This document shows, piece by piece, positions 58,881-64,000 of a DNA stretch of 64,000 nucleotides. Each line of letters starts with the position of its first letter. Position 1 is the stretch's first letter. Under the pieces are notes generated by a model. The model made no database searches. It was not told the origin of the DNA and saw only the letters and a program-made list of their open reading frames with translations. The DNA comes from Spirochaetia bacterium. GTDB lineage: Bacteria; Spirochaetota; Spirochaetia; WTKD01; G963693115. A program made the position numbers and the translations under genes. The stretch is from contig OZ245332.1 in the NCBI GenBank assembly GCA_965226065.1, forward strand, positions 98,206 to 162,205, written 5' to 3'.

Positions 58881-60184
58881 GATATGAGAAAAATAATGAC
58901 AATACCATAGAAGGAAAACAGTGTTCATTTTGTAATAGTGACATGTCACAAAAAAGCAAAAGGTTAATACAAGGATATTCCGCTATAATCTGTGAAGATT
59001 GCGTTGTGCATTCTTATGATATTCTTCATGGTGCGAAACGAAAAATTCATGCAGATTTTTCTAAGAGACTTATAAATCCGCCAAAACCTATTGAAATAAA
59101 AGAGTATCTTGACAATTGCATAATAGGACAAGAGCATGCAAAAAAGGTTCTCGCGGTTGCATCGTATAACCACTACAAGCGAGTTTTGCATAACAGTCAG
59201 CAAAAGGAAGCATCATATCACACATATTCAAAAAGCGATTTGATAATGCTTGAAAAGTCGAACATTTTACTCATTGGACCTACCGGAGTAGGAAAAACCT
59301 TGCTTGCGCGATCGCTTGCTGATTTTCTGAATGTGCCGTTTGCAATAGCGGATGCAACGAGTCTGACCGAAGCAGGGTATGTTGGTGAAGATGTTGAACA
59401 CATGCTACTGAAATTGTATCAGTCAGCGGAAGAAAATGTTCATATAGCACAGCAAGGAATAATTTTTATTGATGAGATAGATAAGATATCTCGGAAAAGT
59501 AAGAATCCTTCAATAACTCGAGATGTTTCGGGTGAAGGTGTTCAACAAGCCTTATTAAAAATAATAGAAGGGACAGTTGCATCTGTTCCACCTCAAGGAG
59601 GACGCAAGCATCCGCATCAAAAAATGATACCAATAGATACTTCAAATATTTTGTTTATATGCGGAGGTTCTTTTGTTGGTTTAGAGGAAATTATACGATC
59701 TCGTGTACAAGAAAATTCTGTAGGGTTTGGTTCAGATGGCAAAGCGCAGCCTGCCGCTGATTCTTGCGATGAAATTATGAGTTCTGTGCATCCTCAAGAT
59801 CTTATAAATTATGGCTTTGTTCCTGAGCTTATAGGGCGTTTGCCAATTGTTGCCAATCTTCATGAGCATACTGTTGAAACATTGCGAAGAGTACTTATTG
59901 AGCCTAAAAATGCTATTGTAAAGCAGATTCAGAAATTTTTTGAGCTTAACAATGTAGAACTTGTATTTGATGATGAGGCTTTAGATGCAATTGCACATCT
60001 GTCATATGATCAAAAAGTAGGTGCACGCGGATTGCGTACTATTGTAGAAGACATGCTTTTACATTCAATGTATATTATTCCCTCGGAGTTTAATGTCAAA
60101 AAAATACGCGTTACAAAAGAAAATGTTGTTTTTCACACCCTCCCATTGTTAGAGTATCGTACAGAGATAGAGGGTACTGCATAA
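58877..60184 (+). CDS. clpX: ATP-dependent Clp protease ATP-binding subunit ClpX
   Basis: C4 zinc finger (CSFCNS...CEDC), GPTGVGKT Walker [10 protein letters not shown] Walker B. Confidence 0.95.
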   Translation: MRYEKNNDNTIEGKQCSFCNSDMSQKSKRLIQGYSAIICEDCVVHSYDILHGAKRKIHADFSKRLINPPKPIEIKEYLDNCIIGQEHAKKVLAVASYNHYKRVLHNSQQKEASYHTYSKSDLIMLEKSNILLIGPTGVGKTLLARSLADFLNVPFAIADATSLTEAGYVGEDVEHMLLKLYQSAEENVHIAQQGIIFIDEIDKISRKSKNPSITRDVSGEGVQQALLKIIEGTVASVPPQGGRKHPHQKMIPIDTSNILFICGGSFVGLEEIIRSRVQENSVGFGSDGKAQPAADSCDEIMSSVHPQDLINYGFVPELIGRLPIVANLHEHTVETLRRVLIEPKNAIVKQIQKFFELNNVELVFDDEALDAIAHLSYDQKVGARGLRTIVEDMLLHSMYIIPSEFNVKKIRVTKENVVFHTLPLLEYRTEIEGTA

Positions 60185-60357
60185 TTGTAGATTGCAATCG
60201 CATGAAAGATTGCTATACTGTTTATAGTTATAATGTCAAAGATATTTGTTATTATACGTACAATGAGTTATTATTTCTTACGTTGTATTTGTAATGTGCT
60301 ACACGTAAGTAAAATTTAATTTTTTATAGCATTAACTTTATTTAAAGGAGTATAGCA

Positions 60358-60795
60358 ATGAGGAACATAAAATATTATTTTTTCTTTTTTTTAATAACAA
60401 CATTACTGATGCCAGTTTTTATGGCCAGTGCACAGGATTTTGGGGATGTAGAAGTTATTACACAAAAAGTTGAAGAAGTATATATGACAAGGTATGGATA
60501 TGTAATATCTTACGCAACTTCAAATATTTATAGAGATGATTTATTCCTACCGAAGGAATGGTTTACAAAAGAAAATGGTGACATTAGCGCGGATCAAAAA
60601 GTTACATACTTAAATATAGATGTACCACTGCTGAAAATAACATATGTAGATGCGCAGCTTAAATATATAACGCTTTTTATTCCGAAAAGTTACTCTCAGC
60701 TGGTATTTCCTACATATCAAGGTCCACTTGATGATGTGCAATTGAAGGAAAAATTTGCTTTACAACTTTCTCAGAATACGCTTACTATTAAATAG
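60358..60795 (+). CDS. Hypothetical secreted protein
   Basis: Signal peptide (FFFFLITTLLMPVFMASAQD). No recognised domain. Confidence 0.4.
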   Translation: MRNIKYYFFFFLITTLLMPVFMASAQDFGDVEVITQKVEEVYMTRYGYVISYATSNIYRDDLFLPKEWFTKENGDISADQKVTYLNIDVPLLKITYVDAQLKYITLFIPKSYSQLVFPTYQGPLDDVQLKEKFALQLSQNTLTIK

Positions 60796-60839
60796 CATAT
60801 CGTAACCTAACGTAATAATATTTTTTATACGGTATTGAG

Positions 60840-61841
60840 TTGAAGAATACTCTTAAGGATTTACAAAAATTTATTAATGCCTATCAGTATTTTTTTGTTA
60901 TAGGGCATGAAAACCCCGATGGAGATTGTGTTGGGTCACAACTTGCATGTGCAGGTTTATTGAGAAAGCTCAATAAGCAAGTGTTTCTTTTATCTTCAGG
61001 ACCCTTTAACGATGCGATAGCGCAGCTATATAGCTCATTGTTTTATTCATCATACTCTCAGATTCCGGAAATATCTTCAGACTCTACAAATTTTCGGAAC
61101 TTTGCAATGTTGTCTGTGGATACTGCATCATATAAACGCTTAGGTGAAGCAGCAAAGCCTTTGAAACATTTGCCAACTGCGGTCTTAGATCACCACGCGT
61201 TAGGACACCCCTTTGGCGATGTTCAATATGTAGATGTGAATGCTGCTTCAAATACACTTCTTGTGTATCGCTTATTTGATGCTTATAACATTACTCCAAC
61301 ACAAGAAGATGCGCATTTTATTTTGTTAGGAATTCTCACAGATACGCAATTTTTTCGCTTTGTAAAAGCTAAAGATTCAGAGCCTCTTATGATAGCTGCA
61401 AAAATGATAGAATTGGGAGCGTCATCGGCTGACATATACAAGCAAATGGGATATGGACATACATTTCTTTCACGCAAGACTATAGGAAAGGTATTAGAAA
61501 GAGCTTTTCGAGTTAATAATAATCGCGTTGTTATTACCTATATAAAACATGAAGATTATTTACGTAAAGATGACATTCCACAATCGTACGAAATATACCA
61601 ACTACTTCAAAGTACACAAAAAATAGAAGTGGTCGTTTATATTCAAGAAGGTATTGATGCAAATAATCATCCTGTGTGTAAGATTGGACTTCGTTCTCGC
61701 AGTAAGGTTGATGTAAGTATCATTGCGAAGGAATTTGGGGGAGGTGGACATGCACGTGCCTCTGGATTTTCATTACATGATCCACTTACACAAACATTGG
61801 AAAAAATAAAAAAATATTTTGATGAACTTATTATGAAGTAG
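60840..61841 (+). CDS. DHH-family phosphoesterase (NrnA-like oligoribonuclease/pAp phosphatase)
   Basis: LDHHALGHP (DHH motif) and the DHHA1 glycine cluster GGGGHARASGF. Confidence 0.7.
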   Translation: MKNTLKDLQKFINAYQYFFVIGHENPDGDCVGSQLACAGLLRKLNKQVFLLSSGPFNDAIAQLYSSLFYSSYSQIPEISSDSTNFRNFAMLSVDTASYKRLGEAAKPLKHLPTAVLDHHALGHPFGDVQYVDVNAASNTLLVYRLFDAYNITPTQEDAHFILLGILTDTQFFRFVKAKDSEPLMIAAKMIELGASSADIYKQMGYGHTFLSRKTIGKVLERAFRVNNNRVVITYIKHEDYLRKDDIPQSYEIYQLLQSTQKIEVVVYIQEGIDANNHPVCKIGLRSRSKVDVSIIAKEFGGGGHARASGFSLHDPLTQTLEKIKKYFDELIMK

Positions 61842-61858
61842 GTTTTTTTCTTAACTTT

Positions 61859-62509
61859 TCAAACTTTATGTTCTAGTAATTGTAATGTACGTTTTATTAC
61901 TTCTTGCGTTATCTCATCTGCATCTTTTGTTGCATCTATGGTATAGATAGGAATGTGCGTGTTTGTATGAGGGTTATACAAAGGAGAGCGAAACATTTGC
62001 TCATAACGTTTTTTTACGGTGCATAAAAACGTACTATGTTCCATGCTGTCTTTTTTTCTTGTAATGCGTTTGAGTGCAATATCTATGGCAATATCAAAAT
62101 AGAATATGTAGTCAGGAACAGGAAAGTCTTTGTTGAGTGTTTTTACGAGATCTTTGATTTCTGAATCTCCTTGATATGCCAAAGAAGAATAGACATATCT
62201 GTCGCATATAACAACGGTATTTTGAGATAAAAGATGCTGTATCCCACCTTTGGAATATACATGTTCATATCTATCAGCAGCGAAAAGATAGGCGAGTATG
62301 CTATTACGCAGAGATGTATTTTCATGTGAAAAATAAGTAGAGTCTTCTAATATTTCTCGTACATAAGAACCTACTATGCCGGTATATGGTTCAAAGGTAT
62401 TATGGCAGGGGATGGCACATGTTTGCAAATAAGACGCTAATTTCATGCATTGAGTGCTTTTTCCACTTCCATCAATACCTTCAAATACGATGAATTTTGA
62501 ATAGTTCAT
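61859..62509 (-). CDS. tmk: Thymidylate (dTMP) kinase
   Basis: FIVFEGIDGSGKST P-loop and a DRY-type motif (ICDRYVYSS). Confidence 0.85.
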   Translation of the reverse strand: MNYSKFIVFEGIDGSGKSTQCMKLASYLQTCAIPCHNTFEPYTGIVGSYVREILEDSTYFSHENTSLRNSILAYLFAADRYEHVYSKGGIQHLLSQNTVVICDRYVYSSLAYQGDSEIKDLVKTLNKDFPVPDYIFYFDIAIDIALKRITRKKDSMEHSTFLCTVKKRYEQMFRSPLYNPHTNTHIPIYTIDATKDADEITQEVIKRTLQLLEHKV

Positions 62510-62581
62510 AGTGTTTTAGACATTCTTTGCATATGTAAAAGTGGTATTGTATTGTTTTTGTAAAAATGCGCCATCCTGTAA

Positions 62582-62665
62582 TACCAGCGGTGGGACTTGA
62601 ACCCACACGGAGTTTCCTCCATCGGATTTTGAGTCCGACGCGTCTACCAATTTCACCACGCTGGC
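62582..62665 (-). tRNA. tRNA-Leu (anticodon CAA)
   Basis: The reverse complement reads GCCAGCGTGGTGAAATTGGTAGACGCGTCGGACTCAAAATCCGATGGAGGAAACTCCGTGTGGGTTCAAGTCCCACCGCTGGTA. D-arm GGTAGA, anticodon loop CTCAAAA, long variable arm, T-arm GTGGGTTCAAGTCCCAC. CCA is not encoded. Confidence 0.8.
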
Positions 62666-62816
62666 GCATATTATCATCATAATTACTCTTCTGTCTTTCG
62701 TCAAAGTGGCATGTGCTTAAATTTTAAAATTTTATGGTATATAGGGCTTGAAAACACAGGGAATATTTTCTATTGTTTAAGTATTAAGAAATAATTATTA
62801 CAAGGAGCAACATATC

Positions 62817-63386
62817 ATGACTGACAAAATTATCGCTACACTCATTCCCGAATTTCAAGAAAAAGTGTATCTTCTTTTAGAAAACTGCCAAAAAAAAGGA
62901 TATACATTTCATGCATCGCAAGGATTAAGAAATCCCTTTAAACAAGCAGAATACTGGGCGCAATCACGTAGTTTAGAAGAAAAGAAAGAAAAAATAGAAT
63001 CATTAGAAAAGGAAGGTGCTTCTTTTTTAGCAAAGTTGTTGCGTATGGCAAATCCTCCGCATGGCCCACATATTACAAATGTTATTCCCGGATTTTCATG
63101 GCATCAATGGGGTGAAGCTTGTGATTGCCTTTGGGATGTAGATAAAAAATCTACTTCTACGGATTCCGGTGCTTCTAAAGATGCAAAGCCCGATCTTGAA
63201 GGATACAAGGTATATGCTGATGAAGCAGAAAAAATAGGACTTACCGCAGGGGGGCATTGGACAGATTTTCAGGATTGGGATCATGTACAATATAGAAGTA
63301 TTGACGACCCCGGTAATATATATAGTGCTAAAGAAATAAATGATGCAATGATTAAAAGATTTGGTCATTTATTTGAAAACATTTAG
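62817..63386 (+). CDS. M15-family peptidase (peptidoglycan L-Ala-D-Glu/D-Ala-D-Ala peptidase-like)
   Basis: FSWHQWGEACD (HxxGxAxD) and DWDHVQY (DxxH). Confidence 0.55.
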   Translation: MTDKIIATLIPEFQEKVYLLLENCQKKGYTFHASQGLRNPFKQAEYWAQSRSLEEKKEKIESLEKEGASFLAKLLRMANPPHGPHITNVIPGFSWHQWGEACDCLWDVDKKSTSTDSGASKDAKPDLEGYKVYADEAEKIGLTAGGHWTDFQDWDHVQYRSIDDPGNIYSAKEINDAMIKRFGHLFENI

Positions 63387-63496
63387 GAAGAATTTTATTT
63401 GTAGTTTGTTTGGAAATAAAATTACAAACGAATTGTTCATTAGATGCCTGTATTCATTGTCTTCTATAAAAATTTACACATGGTATAAATAGTGTC

Positions 63497-64000
63497 ATGT
63501 GTGGAGTATGTGGATACGTAGGAAATGATGATGCACGAAATGTCTTGTATGAAGGATTGGAAAGACTTAAATATCGTGGATACGATTCTTCTGGAATAGC
63601 TATTTTCAATAACGGTGAAATTGTAATAGAAAAAGCTGTTGGCAAACTAAGTGTTTTGCAGGAGAAATATGCGAATGATAGTTATCATAGCACGGTAGGA
63701 ATAGGACACACTCGTTGGGCTACACACGGTACTGTTACTGAAAAAAACGCGCATCCGCATATAAGTTACGATTTATCGTGTGCAGTGGTTCACAATGGCA
63801 TTATAGAAAATTTTGCGCAATTGAAACAAGAGCTGATGAAAGATGGAGTTTGTTTTCAATCTGATACCGATACGGAAGTCATAGCCCATCTGTTTGCAAA
63901 GAATTACAACGGTGTTTTGAAAGAAAGTGTACTTGCAACACTTGAATATCTTGAAGGTACTTACGGACTTTTACTTATTCATAAAAATCATCCTAAAATA
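63497..64000 (+). CDS. glmS: Glutamine--fructose-6-phosphate aminotransferase, N-terminal part (continues beyond window)
   Basis: MCGVCGYVGN... (catalytic Cys2), LERLKYRGYDSSGIA and GIGHTRWATHG motifs of the Ntn glutaminase domain. Confidence 0.9.
   Translation, partial: MCGVCGYVGNDDARNVLYEGLERLKYRGYDSSGIAIFNNGEIVIEKAVGKLSVLQEKYANDSYHSTVGIGHTRWATHGTVTEKNAHPHISYDLSCAVVHNGIIENFAQLKQELMKDGVCFQSDTDTEVIAHLFAKNYNGVLKESVLATLEYLEGTYGLLLIHKNHPKI

Noticed and set aside
62481-62704. ORFs 62481..62669(-) and 62516..62704(-)
   Set aside because: They overlap the tRNA-Leu gene and its flanks and are spurious.

Overview
This looks like a low-GC spirochaete-type chromosome, probably Treponema-like (inference only). 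The evidence is the gap-pgk-tpiA-secG gene order, an mglBAC operon, tig-clpP-clpX, clpS-clpA, and many lipobox lipoproteins including BspA/DUF285-type LRR proteins. The window splits into two parts.

(1) Positions ~1..23300 are a highly mosaic accessory island. Its core is a family of three paralogous genes encoding long tetratricopeptide (TPR) arrays fused to a C-terminal DUF2971 domain (1263..3812, 6709..8661, 13593..15512), plus truncated copies of the same family. Two of the three full genes sit in a conserved divergent cassette: hsdS, then a ~200-bp near-identical leader, then the TPR-DUF2971 gene. The hsdS genes are type I R-M specificity genes with no hsdM or hsdR in the window. The two hsdS genes share one target-recognition domain in swapped positions and differ in an in-frame 12-bp (ELEA) tandem array, 7 copies versus 2. 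Scattered through the island are other defence-type genes: a Mrr-cat restriction nuclease, an EcoRI-like N6A methylase fragment, an ImmA/IrrE metallopeptidase with a small membrane protein, a DUF262(GmrSD-like)-HNH nuclease and an RCC1-repeat fragment. The island is bracketed by BspA-like lipoprotein genes. Two of these carry (TA)n tracts in the signal-peptide codons that currently put a well-placed ATG out of frame, which makes them candidate slipped-strand phase-variable genes. I consider the hsdS / TPR-DUF2971 cassette the best candidate for an undescribed, probably defence-related, rapidly recombining system.

(2) Positions ~23500..64000 are conserved housekeeping: gap, pgk, tpiA, secG, a LysA-family decarboxylase, rhomboid protease, M15 peptidases, a CDF transporter, a TAXI-TRAP transporter, birA, carAB, yjbQ, mglBAC, clpSA, an AlaA-like aminotransferase, a GT11 alpha-1,2-fucosyltransferase, ftsK, tig-clpPX, nrnA-like, tmk, tRNA-Leu(CAA) and the start of glmS. 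No CRISPR array, integrase or transposase was recognised.
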